Shown piece by piece: positions 26,132-35,321 of a stretch of 64,000 nt of DNA (positions are counted from its first letter, which is position 1; every line of letters starts with the position of its first letter). The stretch is from Wenzhouxiangellaceae bacterium (lineage in GTDB: Bacteria > Pseudomonadota > Gammaproteobacteria > Xanthomonadales > Wenzhouxiangellaceae). Position numbers and translations under genes: made by a program. The notes below the pieces were generated by a model. The model did no database searches, was not told the origin of the DNA, and saw nothing but the letters and a program-made list of their open reading frames with translations. The stretch spans positions 990,617 through 1,054,616 of the forward strand of contig OZ244963.1 of NCBI GenBank assembly GCA_965222675.1. The letters run 5' to 3'.

Positions 26132-26229
26132 TCAGGCAGCGTGTTCGGACGGATCCGCGCCCAGTCTACCGGTTGTCCCGCTGCGGTCGTACCGGGGCAG
26201 GGGACCGGCTGCAGGCGACCGTGCGCCGA

Positions 26230-26586
26230 CTAGCGATCGGCACCGTCGCCGTGATCGCTCCGCCGGCGCCGGCCGAATGCCGGCAGGGCAAGGAAGTAAA
26301 CCACGATGAGTGCGATCTGGAGCAGGGCCAGCGGCCGCACGACCGGATCGGCCCAGGCTTCGGAAACCGCGACGCTGAAGTGCAGCAGCAGGATCATGCC
26401 GCCGACCACCAGGGCCGCTGGCGACAAGCGGAGGATCCACGGCAGGGGCAGCAGCAGCGGCACGGTGGCGAGCAGAAGCGCCGGCCAGTAGCCGAGCACT
26501 TCGGACGGCGACCACCAGCCGAACCAGGCAAGCTGGACGCCGATCAACAAGACCCAGCTCCAGCGGGCGAAGCCTGTCGGAATCAA
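26230..26586 (-). CDS. DUF2069-like small membrane protein
   Basis: 118 aa with four hydrophobic segments, immediately downstream of wrbA/arsC. This arrangement is recalled as common in gammaproteobacteria. Confidence 0.55.
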   Translation of the reverse strand: MIPTGFARWSWVLLIGVQLAWFGWWSPSEVLGYWPALLLATVPLLLPLPWILRLSPAALVVGGMILLLHFSVAVSEAWADPVVRPLALLQIALIVVYFLALPAFGRRRRSDHGDGADR

Positions 26587-27170
26587 AGCTTCACCGCCAG
26601 GCCGGCGACCCGCTTGCCGAGGGCGCGTGCCAGCTTCGTCTCATCGTCGGTCAATGGTCGGTCGCTGTCCGGGCCCGCCCAGTGACTCGCGCCATAGGGC
26701 GTGCCGCCGGAGCTCGTGGTCGTCAGCGCCGGTTCCGTATACGGCAGCCCGACCAGCACCATGCCGTGGTGCAGGAGCGGGATCATCATCGACAATAGCG
26801 TCGACTCCTGGCCGCCGTGCAGGCTCGCCGTCGACGTGAACACACCGGCGGGCTTGCCGGCCAGCGTGCCCGAGAACCACTCGCTCGCGGTTCCGTCGAG
26901 AAAGTGCTTGACCGCGGAGGCCATGTTGCCGAAGCGGGTCGGGCTGCCGAGGATCAGTCCGCCGCACTCGGCGAGGTCGCTGTTCTCGACCAGCGCCGGG
27001 CCGTCGTCCGGCCACTCGGCCGCCTCCGGGTCCAGCGCGGAGGTGATCGGCGGCACGCCGCGCAGGCGGGCGGCGGCGCCGTCGACCGATTCGACCCCGC
27101 GCGCGATCTCCCGGGCCAGCGCCAGCGTGTTGCCGTGGACCGAGTGGACCAGGACCAGCACGTCGATCAT
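26583..27170 (-). CDS. wrbA: NAD(P)H:quinone oxidoreductase, WrbA-type flavodoxin-like
   Basis: Start at MIDVLVLVHSVHGNT. Motifs GSPTRFGNM, TSTASLHGGQEST and GTPYGASH. The ORF-track extension upstream is junk. Confidence 0.85.
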   Translation of the reverse strand: MIDVLVLVHSVHGNTLALAREIARGVESVDGAAARLRGVPPITSALDPEAAEWPDDGPALVENSDLAECGGLILGSPTRFGNMASAVKHFLDGTASEWFSGTLAGKPAGVFTSTASLHGGQESTLLSMMIPLLHHGMVLVGLPYTEPALTTTSSGGTPYGASHWAGPDSDRPLTDDETKLARALGKRVAGLAVKL

Positions 27171-27529
27171 GGAAGAATCTCCAGCACCCGCTCCGGTGGC
27201 CGTCCGATCCGCGCCCGGGTCGTCGCGCCGTCGTCGACCACCACCAGCGGACGCTGGAGAAGGATCGGGTGCTCGGCAATGGCGGCGAACAGGTCGGGTT
27301 CGCTCGCGGTGGCGATGTCGAGACCGGTCTCCTGCCACTCCGCCTGCCCGGTCCGCACCATTTGCGTGGCCGGCGCGTCCAGCGCGGCGTGGAGTTTCTC
27401 CAGCGTGGCGGCGTTCGGCGGAGTCTTCAGGTACTCCACCACGTGCGGCTCGACACCGCGTTGTTCGAGCAGTTCGAGCGTCTTTCTGCTCTTGGAGCAA
27501 CGGGGGTTGTGGTACACAGTGACTTGCAT
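27167..27529 (-). CDS. arsC: ArsC-family arsenate reductase (glutaredoxin-coupled type)
   Basis: Start at MQVTVYHNPRCSKSRKTLELL. It ends HPILLQRPLVV..., closely paralleling R773 ArsC as recalled. Confidence 0.85.
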   Translation of the reverse strand: MQVTVYHNPRCSKSRKTLELLEQRGVEPHVVEYLKTPPNAATLEKLHAALDAPATQMVRTGQAEWQETGLDIATASEPDLFAAIAEHPILLQRPLVVVDDGATTRARIGRPPERVLEILP

Positions 27530-27551
27530 GCGACCTCCTGTTCGATGAGCC

Positions 27552-28970
27552 ATGGCTGATTCCAAGCCCGAATCCGAATCCGATTCCGAATCCGATCGCG
27601 CATCCGACCGCGCATCCAATCGCGCATCCGGACGCGGCACCGACCATTCTGACGCATCCGGCGCCCGGTCGGCGTCAAGCCTGCCGCTGCCCGGCGCGCT
27701 CGAGGCGCTCGGCGATCCGCGCTGGCTGAAGGCCTTCGGCCGTCACCTGGCGAAGCACTTCGGCGAGGATCGCTGCTTCGAGGCCGCCGGCGCCCTGAGC
27801 TACGCCACGCTGCTGGCCATGGTGCCGCTGACCGCGGTGGTGATCGGCGTGATCTCCGCCTTCCCGGTGTTCGATTCCGGGGTCGAGCGGCTGCAGGACT
27901 TCATCTTCAACAACTTCGTGCCGGCCGCCGGCGACATCGTCCAGCAGTACGTCGACCAGTTCGTCGAGCGTTCCGGCGAGCTGACCGGCGCCGGCACGCT
28001 GTTCCTGGTGGTCACCGCGCTGCTGCTGATGGCGACCATCGAGAAGAGCCTCAACCGCATCTGGCGCGTCGATCGTCCGCGCCGGGTCAGCAGCCGGCTG
28101 CTGGTGTACTGGTCCGTGCTGACCCTCGGGCCGGTGCTGATGGGCGCCTCGGTCGGTCTGACGTCGGTCGTCGCCGCGCTGCCGCGCCTGGCGCCGGAGT
28201 TCGCGCGCGGCCTCATCCAGACCGTCATGCTGGGCCTCACACCCTTCCTGATCGCCCTGGCGGCGTTCACCCTGCTGTTCTCGGTCGTCCCGAACCGTCG
28301 CGTGCGCGTCCATCACGCGCTGGCCGGCGCCACGTTCTCGGCAATCGCCTTCGAGGCCTCCAAGCACGGCTTCGTGTTCTATGTCTCGACGTTTCCGACC
28401 TACGAGCGGCTGTACGGCGCGCTGGCCACGATTCCGATCTTCCTGGTCTGGATCTACGTCACCTGGGTGGTCATCCTGCTCGGCGCCAGCGTTACGGCCG
28501 CGCTGACGACCTTCAACTACCAGCGTGCCGATTGGCGCTGGAACCCGAGACACCACCTGCTGCTGGCGATCCGCCTGATCCACCACCTGGCGCTGGCCCA
28601 GCGCCGCGGCGCCGGTCTCGGCTCGGCGGACTTCCTGGCGCGCGAAGACGCGATGACCGACGGCGAGCTGCAGCTCCTGCTCGGCCAGCTCGACGGCGCC
28701 GGCGTGGTCCAGCGCGACGAGGACGGGGACTGGTTCCTGACCATCGACCCGGCCGAGTACACGCTGGCCCAGCTGTACGCACACGTTCCCTTCGTGCTGC
28801 CCCTGGCAGAATCCGAAGAATTGCCGCCGCCGAGCGATGCCGATCGTCGCCTGCGCGAAGCGCTCGAGGAGGTCGGCGACTCGGTCCGGCCGCTGCTGGA
28901 CCGGACGCTGAAGTCGCTGGTTGTAGGCAGGCACGGCAACTCGGATCGCCAGACCGGTCACGATGAATGA
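27552..28970 (+). CDS. YihY/BrkB-family inner-membrane protein with C-terminal extension
   Basis: 472 aa. AAGALSYATLLAMVPL, six TM segments and an IPIFLVWIYVTWVVILLGA signature. The N-terminal ~45 aa are Ser/Asp/Arg low complexity encoded by short tandem repeats, so the start is uncertain. Confidence 0.75.
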   Translation: MADSKPESESDSESDRASDRASNRASGRGTDHSDASGARSASSLPLPGALEALGDPRWLKAFGRHLAKHFGEDRCFEAAGALSYATLLAMVPLTAVVIGVISAFPVFDSGVERLQDFIFNNFVPAAGDIVQQYVDQFVERSGELTGAGTLFLVVTALLLMATIEKSLNRIWRVDRPRRVSSRLLVYWSVLTLGPVLMGASVGLTSVVAALPRLAPEFARGLIQTVMLGLTPFLIALAAFTLLFSVVPNRRVRVHHALAGATFSAIAFEASKHGFVFYVSTFPTYERLYGALATIPIFLVWIYVTWVVILLGASVTAALTTFNYQRADWRWNPRHHLLLAIRLIHHLALAQRRGAGLGSADFLAREDAMTDGELQLLLGQLDGAGVVQRDEDGDWFLTIDPAEYTLAQLYAHVPFVLPLAESEELPPPSDADRRLREALEEVGDSVRPLLDRTLKSLVVGRHGNSDRQTGHDE

Positions 28971-29013
28971 CACCGACCCGCAACCTCGACGAACTGCCTC
29001 ACGGAGATCGACC

Positions 29014-29577
29014 ATGACCAAGTTTTCCGCCGCGCTGTTCGGCCTTTCGCTGGCCTTCGCCGCGTCTGCTGCATCCGCCGGCCCGGCCGACTCCTCGCCG
29101 CCCTCGGACACGGCGTCGAACGATGCCCGGGTCGAGGGCGCCGACGAAAGCACCGACGAGAGCACGGACGAGCGGCCCGAGTTCTCGCTGCCCGACCTCG
29201 ACGGCCGAACCCGCGACCTGAGCGAATGGCGCGGCCAGTGGGTGGTGGTGAACTACTGGGCGACCTGGTGCGCGCCCTGCCGCAAGGAAATACCGGACCT
29301 GTCCGACCTGCACGACAACCGCGACGACATCACGGTGCTCGGCCTGGCGTTCGAGGACACGGATATCGAGACTTTCCGCGAGTTTCTCGAAGACTATCCG
29401 GCCAGCTACCCGATCCTGCGGGTCGACGTCTACGCGCCGCCGCAGTCTCTGGGCACGCCGCGCGCGTTGCCGACGACCCACCTGATCGCTCCGGACGGCA
29501 CCCTGGCAGAAACCTGGATCGGTCCGATCACCGGTGAAACGGTGCGCAACCGGGTCGATTCCGGACCTTCGACATGA
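29014..29577 (+). CDS. TlpA/ResA-like periplasmic thiol:disulfide oxidoreductase
   Basis: Start at MTKFSAALFGLSLAFAASAASA (signal) after a GGAG RBS. Thioredoxin motif NYWATWCAPCRKE. Confidence 0.8.
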   Translation: MTKFSAALFGLSLAFAASAASAGPADSSPPSDTASNDARVEGADESTDESTDERPEFSLPDLDGRTRDLSEWRGQWVVVNYWATWCAPCRKEIPDLSDLHDNRDDITVLGLAFEDTDIETFREFLEDYPASYPILRVDVYAPPQSLGTPRALPTTHLIAPDGTLAETWIGPITGETVRNRVDSGPST

Positions 29578-29840
29578 GTTGCGTGAAATTCTCGATCACC
29601 GGGCGCGTGCAGGGCGTGTTCTTTCGCGCATCGACCCAGCGCGAGGCGGAGCGCCACGGCCTGACCGGGCACGCGATCAACCGCGCCGACGGCAGCGTGG
29701 AGGTGCTGGCCTGCGGCGAGGCGCAGGCGCTCGACGCACTCGAGCGCTGGCTACAGACGGGATCGCCGGCGGCGAAGGTCGACCGGGTCGAGCGCCAACC
29801 GAGCGATGCATCGCCGCCGGCGAAGTTCACCACGGGCTGA
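29574..29840 (+). CDS. acyP: Acylphosphatase
   Basis: 88 aa. ITGRVQGVFFRASTQREA...GHAINRADGSVEV is the acylphosphatase signature. Confidence 0.85.
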   Translation: MSCVKFSITGRVQGVFFRASTQREAERHGLTGHAINRADGSVEVLACGEAQALDALERWLQTGSPAAKVDRVERQPSDASPPAKFTTG

Positions 29841-29921
29841 ACCGCTCTTCCGCCGGGATGCCGCTGCTACGCATTGCATGGTGTTCCGGGGTCGAGGCAT
29901 TCCGGCCCCTGACGGCACAAG

Positions 29922-29954
29922 AAAACGCCGACGGGGAGGCCCCGCCGGCGTTTT
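29922..29954. terminator. Bidirectional rho-independent terminator
   Basis: aaaacgccgacgggg agg ccccgccggcgtttt: a 14/15-bp stem flanked by an A-run and a T-run, between convergent acyP (+) and the 30008-31297 gene (-). Confidence 0.65.
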
Positions 29955-30007
29955 CGGCCCCGTGATCGTGCGCTCGACCGGTGCCCGGGGCACCGGCCGA
30001 GCCGGGT

Positions 30008-31297
30008 TCAGCGAGTGATCCGCAGTGCGTCCTGCTGACGTTCGAGGCGGAACATCCGGCCCTGGTCGAGCAACTCGAGTCCCCGCACCTCGAACGGTGC
30101 GTCCAACCCGCTGGCGGCCAGCGTTGTGCGATCCACCTTGAGTTGCAGGGAGCCGGAGCCTGTCGGCAGCACGCCGGCGACCTGGGCCTGTGCGATCGGC
30201 GCAAGCGTTCCGTCCCGCCGCGTCCCGTAGACCTGCCCATTGAGCTGGTAGCGGCCCGCCACGGCGGTTTCGACGCCGACGTCCAGCGCCAGCCCGTCGC
30301 CGAGTTCGGCCTTGACCGTCCCGTCGAGCCGAGCCAGCGGGGGTGCTACCGAGAACGGAATCTTCAGGTCCCGGCGAACCACGAGACCATCGGGGGTGGT
30401 GGTCTCGATATAGGCATGGGCCTCGAACAGGCCGTTCCGGCCAGTGACGTCGAGATCCTTCGGCAGCTCGCCGACCAGGGTCCCGGACGACGGATCGAGG
30501 CGGACATCGAACTGCCGCCGCGCCGTCGGGTCCGTGACCACGGCCTGGACCGAAGCGACCGGCAGCTGCGACTTGCCGTCGCCGATGCCGAAGCCCATCG
30601 AGATGGCGTCGCCGGTGAAGAAGTCGCGCGCCGGCAGCGTCAGCTGTCCAGCCCACGGGCTCCTCGGCTCGAACACGTGCACGACCATGCGTTCGTCGGT
30701 AGGAAGCGCGCCGACGCCGAGCTTCAACGAGCCGGCAGGGACCGATTCGGCCAGCTGGAACGCCAGCGACGCCTCGGGCACGTCCATGCCGGCGGCCTTG
30801 AGCGCGGCGCCGTCGGCCAGGTGATCCAGCGCTCCGGCGTCGAGCGATCGATCGTCGATCGACAGCGTCAGCCGGTCCGGTGCAATCCGGACCTTGGCCG
30901 ATGCGTCCAGCGGCGAAATGCGGATCACCGCGCCGGGTGCCGTCAGCGGTAGCGAGATGCCCTTGGCCAGTTCACCGCCGGTGGCGTCGAACCAGTACTG
31001 GCGGCTGTCGACGCGAGGCAGGTCGAAGGTGGCTGCAGGCGTCTCGGCAAGCGGCCAGGAGAACTGGACGGGCAGCGACTCGGCGTGCTCGCTGGCCGGA
31101 ACCCCGGCGGGGTCGGCAACCAGCTTCGCGGCGCGGAAATCGCCCGGGCCGCGCGCCATCCAGGTCGCGGAAAGCGGCTCGGCGAAGCCGATGTCATCGG
31201 CGCTCAGGCCGGGTTCGATATCCTGGGCTGCAACCGATTGAAACGCGGTCGGCCCGGCCGCCAGCAGGGCGGCAAATGTAATGATGGAAAATTTCAT
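30008..31297 (-). CDS. Secreted hypothetical protein
   Basis: 429 aa. Signal peptide MKFSIITFAALLAAGPTAFQSVAAQD and coding-like composition. No family was recognised with confidence. Confidence 0.6.
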   Translation of the reverse strand: MKFSIITFAALLAAGPTAFQSVAAQDIEPGLSADDIGFAEPLSATWMARGPGDFRAAKLVADPAGVPASEHAESLPVQFSWPLAETPAATFDLPRVDSRQYWFDATGGELAKGISLPLTAPGAVIRISPLDASAKVRIAPDRLTLSIDDRSLDAGALDHLADGAALKAAGMDVPEASLAFQLAESVPAGSLKLGVGALPTDERMVVHVFEPRSPWAGQLTLPARDFFTGDAISMGFGIGDGKSQLPVASVQAVVTDPTARRQFDVRLDPSSGTLVGELPKDLDVTGRNGLFEAHAYIETTTPDGLVVRRDLKIPFSVAPPLARLDGTVKAELGDGLALDVGVETAVAGRYQLNGQVYGTRRDGTLAPIAQAQVAGVLPTGSGSLQLKVDRTTLAASGLDAPFEVRGLELLDQGRMFRLERQQDALRITR

Positions 31298-31307
31298 GGG
31301 GCCTCCG

Positions 31308-32171
31308 TTACAGATCGTTGCGCAGAATCACGTCTAGGCCATGGCAGTCGCGCCGGCTCTGGGCATGGGACAGTCGGTCGCCGGATACCTGGTGGTCGTA
31401 GAACCACAGGCTGCCGGCGCCGTTCTGGCTGCTGCAGTCGAGGAAGCCGTCGGAACAGCTGTCGAGCCAGTTCTGGGTGATCTCCAGGCCAACCTGGTTG
31501 AAGTAGCCGCCGCAGTAGGCGGCCCCATCCCAGATCGCCGAACGCACGTCGGTGCCGACCACGTTCCAGAAGCCCTTCGGCAGGCTTGGGCGACCCGGCG
31601 TACCTAGAAGCCAGCTGGAGTTGTAGTAGGCCATCCAGCTCGGTTGCTGCATCCGAACCGCGTCGTTCTGGTAGCCGAGCAGCCAGCCCAGCGCCGACTC
31701 GAACACGTTGCCCTGCATCACCGCTTCGGCCAGCGGCGTGCCCGTCGACGACGGCGCGAGCGCGTTCACCCAGCGGGTCTTGCTGATGATGTTCGGGTAG
31801 CGGCTGTCCCAGGTCGGGTTCGACATGATCCAGCGCATCACGTTGCCGCCGTTGGAGTGGGTCAGCACGACCAGGTCGGTGATCCCGCGGGCGTTGATGA
31901 AACTGGTCAGCTGGCCGGCCAGGCAACCTGCGGCCTGGCTGTTCCACATGTACTGCTCGAAGTCGCAGTTGATGACCGTGTAGTTGGCGCTGTTCGACAG
32001 GCCCTGGCGGACCGAGTTGACCATGTCCGTGGTCCAGTAGTCGTTCAGCGCGTCGGTCTGTTTGCCGGTGCCGTGGACGAACGCGACGCCGGTCGCGGAC
32101 CACGCGGAGCTGGCGAACAGCAATAGCGCGGCCGCCAAGACGACGCCGGGAAGGGCGATCCTGAATGTCAT
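31308..32171 (-). CDS. Secreted alpha/beta-hydrolase (lipase/esterase-like)
   Basis: Start at MTFRIALPGVVLAAALLLFASSAWS after a GAGGAAG RBS. AFVHGTG and a VVLTHSNGG nucleophile-elbow-like motif, plus several Cys pairs. The track extension to 32417 is rejected. Confidence 0.65.
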   Translation of the reverse strand: MTFRIALPGVVLAAALLLFASSAWSATGVAFVHGTGKQTDALNDYWTTDMVNSVRQGLSNSANYTVINCDFEQYMWNSQAAGCLAGQLTSFINARGITDLVVLTHSNGGNVMRWIMSNPTWDSRYPNIISKTRWVNALAPSSTGTPLAEAVMQGNVFESALGWLLGYQNDAVRMQQPSWMAYYNSSWLLGTPGRPSLPKGFWNVVGTDVRSAIWDGAAYCGGYFNQVGLEITQNWLDSCSDGFLDCSSQNGAGSLWFYDHQVSGDRLSHAQSRRDCHGLDVILRNDL

Positions 32172-32613
32172 GGTTTCTTCCTCTTTTGTTTTTCCTTGCC
32201 GGGCGGGCTCGATCCTGCGACGAAAGCGGTGGTGCCGCAAACGGGCGGAATCAGCGGTCCGGCGTCCCTGAATCGGGACGGGCTCCCATGGACTGGATGT
32301 GCCAGTCGCCCCGTCCCCGCCGCCACGATGTGACGGCCGCCACAGTATAGGGAGCGCGCGGCGGGGATTCAAATGGGGCTCAAAAGGAGGCAGGGGCAAG
32401 GGGAGGGCCGAGGACACCTACAGGGGAGGGGCGAGGACACCTACCTATCAGGCGTAAGTTATTTCCTACGTGGTGGATGTCTCCGTTGTTGTGTCTGTTG
32501 TTATTGTTAAGACGGATTTCCAAAGTGTGTACCACAGCGCCTCGTGAGTACGGCTTGCAGTAAGAGGGTCAGCTAATTATTATTCGCTTCGTGTCCGGTG
32601 GGGAGATAAATCT

Positions 32614-33123
32614 GTGCTAACTGCTCTTGGTTCCCGGACGTTGTTGGTTGCATTATTTTTGTTATCAGGTTCTGTATTTGCTCAATTTAGCGACTTTGCA
32701 TCAATAGAATTTAACCCGTCAGATCCAGTTCCAGGCGAAGTTATCGACGGAGAGTTCACGAGCGGGTGCTTTTCGCCTGCACCGAACAGTGATGGCCTTT
32801 TTTTTGATGTCTCTTCCAGAGATGGCGTGATTTATATTGATCTGGTTTCAAATTTCTTGGTTTCCTGTTCGGCATTTCCGGTGCCTTTCACATTTCGAAT
32901 CCCTGGGCAACAAGCTGCAGTTCACCCCGTGATCATAAGCTTGGTTGATAGTAGTATCTCCTTCCCGGCTGATGAATCGGAGCGTCGTTTTTCACACTAC
33001 AGAATCATCCGCGTCGGAGCTGGCCCCATTGAGGTCAGCGCTCTTAGCTTATGGGCAGTTGCTCTAATGATATCTGTAGTCGCTGCTCTCGCCCTATTTA
33101 GGATTTATTCCACTACCGCCTAA
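32614..33123 (+). CDS. Secreted hypothetical protein on an AT-rich islet, with IPTL-CTERM-like tail
   Basis: 169 aa with a GTG start. Signal peptide LLVALFLLSGSVFAQ. The C-terminus PIEVSALSLWAVALMISVVAALALFRIY reads as motif plus TM helix. Its base composition is strikingly lower in GC than its surroundings. Confidence 0.55.
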   Translation: MLTALGSRTLLVALFLLSGSVFAQFSDFASIEFNPSDPVPGEVIDGEFTSGCFSPAPNSDGLFFDVSSRDGVIYIDLVSNFLVSCSAFPVPFTFRIPGQQAAVHPVIISLVDSSISFPADESERRFSHYRIIRVGAGPIEVSALSLWAVALMISVVAALALFRIYSTTA

Positions 33124-33547
33124 AATTCTGCTTGGATTTAAGACACCCACCAATCGAGACGAGCAGTGGCAATTCTCTGATCGAGTCTCGATATCTTGCA
33201 TTGCTTGGCCGAAGTGCAGTTTCAGCGATTCACCCCAGGCACGATTTCGGCCTGTTCGTGAGAAGCCGACCATGGGCATGCGCCCGGAAGACTCTCCGGA
33301 ATGCGAGCGAGATCGGTGAGCCAGGCTCTCGCTACCCGAACAGCTGCGAGGCGAGGGTGTGCCCGTTCAGGAACTTTCGTCCGAACTCCTGAGCCAGCTG
33401 CCGGAGTGCCGCGACCGGCCCGAGCACGCTTGGTGAGCGGCGTGCTTGTGGCTTGGAGAGGAATTCCAGCACGCCTTCCGGCCGCGCATTCGTAAGCTTC
33501 CCCCCAGCTGACACATTCCCGAAGTAGAGATTTCTGGCACCATTCCC

Positions 33548-33829
33548 TTGGAGGAGAACGCCATGAAGAAGTCTCGATTCACCGAACACCAGATCGTTTC
33601 CATCCTGAACGAAGCCGAGTCTGGGGTACCCGTCAAGGACGTTTGCCGGAAGCATGAGATCAGCTCGGCGACCTACTACAAGTGGAAGTCGAAGTACGGC
33701 GGGTTGGACGCCTCGGAACTCAAGCGTCTGAAGGAGCTGGAAGCGGAGCTGTCGCAGTACAAGCGCATGTATGCCGAACTGGCCCACGAGAACTACGCAC
33801 TGAAGGACGTCATCGCAAAAAAGCTCTGA
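33548..33829 (+). CDS. IS3-family transposase OrfA (HTH)
   Basis: MKKSRFTEHQIVSILNEAESGVPVKDVCRKHEISSATYYKWKSKYGG plus a leucine-zipper-like C-terminus, the classic IS3/IS407 OrfA. Confidence 0.9.
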   Translation: MEENAMKKSRFTEHQIVSILNEAESGVPVKDVCRKHEISSATYYKWKSKYGGLDASELKRLKELEAELSQYKRMYAELAHENYALKDVIAKKL

Positions 33830-34674
33830 CGGCCGCCGAGAAGCGCGAGGTTGCGCGCACACTGGTGGTCGAGCACGAGCTATCGATCCAGCGGTCCTGC
33901 CAGGCGGTGGGCCAGAGCCGGTCGGCCTGGTACCGCCCGCTGCCCGATCCGCTGTCCCGAGATCAGGAGATCGTGGACGCAATGACGGCTTACTTCGAGG
34001 CGTTCCCGCGTCGGGGCTTCTGGAAGTGCCGGAAGCACTTGCGAGCCGAGGGGCGGCCCTGGAACCACAAGCGCCTGTGGCGCGTGTACTGTGCGCTCGG
34101 GCTGAACCTCCGGCGCAAGACCAAGCGCCGGCTGCCAAACCGGGAACGCATCCCGCTGACAGTGCCGCTGGGGCCGGACCAGGTCTGGTCGGCCGACTTC
34201 ATGGCCGATGCACTCTACTGCGGCGTTCGATTCCGGACATTCAACGTGCTGGATGACTTCAACCGCGAGGGCGTTGCGATCGAGATCGATACGTCGATTA
34301 CAGGAGAGCGGTTGATCCGGCTGTTCAGCCAGATCGAAGCCGAACGGGGTCTGCCGGCAACGCTGCGCACCGACAACGGTCCTGAGTTCATCGGTCAGGC
34401 CTTCCTGGACTGGGCTGATGACCACGGTATGACGGTGCAGCACATCCAACCGGGCAAGCCCAATCAGAATGCGTTCATCGAGCGTTTCAATCGAACCTAC
34501 CGCGAGGAGGTGCTGGACCTGTACCTGTTCGAAGATCTTGATCAGGTCCGCGAAGAAACGCATCGCTGGCTACGGCGCTACAACGAGTCCTGGCCGCACG
34601 ACTCGCTGGGCGATCTGAGCCCGCTGGAGTATGCCAAACGAGCCAGAGTCTCTACTTCTGAACTGTCGCCTTGA
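33817..34674 (+). CDS. IS3-family transposase OrfB (DDE integrase core), expressed by -1 frameshift from OrfA
   Basis: The slippery AAAAAAG at 33817-33823 lies just before the orfA stop, and the downstream frame is -1. The DDE region includes VWSADFM, FNVLDDFNREG, LRTDNGPEF, PGKPNQNAFIERFN and RTYREE. Confidence 0.85.
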   Translation, partial: KKALTAAEKREVARTLVVEHELSIQRSCQAVGQSRSAWYRPLPDPLSRDQEIVDAMTAYFEAFPRRGFWKCRKHLRAEGRPWNHKRLWRVYCALGLNLRRKTKRRLPNRERIPLTVPLGPDQVWSADFMADALYCGVRFRTFNVLDDFNREGVAIEIDTSITGERLIRLFSQIEAERGLPATLRTDNGPEFIGQAFLDWADDHGMTVQHIQPGKPNQNAFIERFNRTYREEVLDLYLFEDLDQVREETHRWLRRYNESWPHDSLGDLSPLEYAKRARVSTSELSP

Positions 34675-34733
34675 CGGGGAAGCTTACGCTCCGACCTGGC
34701 CCAAGGTCGGCAGCGGTCTCCAGTCTGCCCCTC

Positions 34734-35321
34734 TCAGAACAGCTCCTTCTGCCGCACCGGCCGGAAGCTTCGCCGGTGGATCGGCGTGGGACCCAGGCGG
34801 TCCAGCGCCTCGAGGTGCGCGGCGGTGGGGTAGCCCTTGTGGCGGTCGAAGCCGTAGTCGGGCCAGCGTGCGTGGTAATCGATCATCAAGCGGTCGCGGT
34901 GGACTTTGGCCAGGATGCTGGCTGCTCCAATTGCCTTGCACAGGCCGTCGCCGCCGATCAGCGCTTCGCAGGATAGGCCGCCGAGGTCGGGGACGCGGTT
35001 GCCGTCGACGCGGACATGGTCGGGGAGCGGATCCAGGGATCGGACCGCGCGCACCATGGCCGTCATCGTCGCCTGCAGGATGTTGAGCCGGTCGATGTCC
35101 TCGGGGCCGACCTCGACGATCGCGAACCCGGCCGCGCGGTCGCGAATCCGCTCGAACAGGTCCTCGCGCCGCGCGGCGGAAAGCTTCTTCGAATCGTCCA
35201 GCCCTTCGATCGGGTGATCGGGACAGAGGATGACCGCGGCCGCGACCACCGGGCCGGCCAGCGGCCCCCGGCCTGCTTCGTCGACGCCGGCGATTCTCCG
35301 CATGACGGCCGCCGCCTTCAT
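34734..35321 (-). CDS. rnhB: Ribonuclease HII
   Basis: 195 aa. [27 protein letters not shown] and GYP..H motifs. Confidence 0.92.
   Translation of the reverse strand: MKAAAVMRRIAGVDEAGRGPLAGPVVAAAVILCPDHPIEGLDDSKKLSAARREDLFERIRDRAAGFAIVEVGPEDIDRLNILQATMTAMVRAVRSLDPLPDHVRVDGNRVPDLGGLSCEALIGGDGLCKAIGAASILAKVHRDRLMIDYHARWPDYGFDRHKGYPTAAHLEALDRLGPTPIHRRSFRPVRQKELF

Larger units (their letters stand above)
33491..34688 (+). mobile_element. IS3-family insertion sequence (IS407-group-like), ~1.2 kb
   Basis: Imperfect terminal inverted repeats: cgtaagcttcccc...gaagtagaga on the left (33491-33530) and tctacttc...ggggaagcttacg on the right (34651-34688). orfA/orfB carry an A AAA AAG slippery site. 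No flanking direct repeat was found. Confidence 0.85.

Noticed and set aside
33094-33279. 61-aa minus-strand ORF between the AT-rich islet ORF and the IS
   Set aside because: It has no RBS, no recognisable family and mixed composition at an islet border. At most it is a fragment of a degraded gene.
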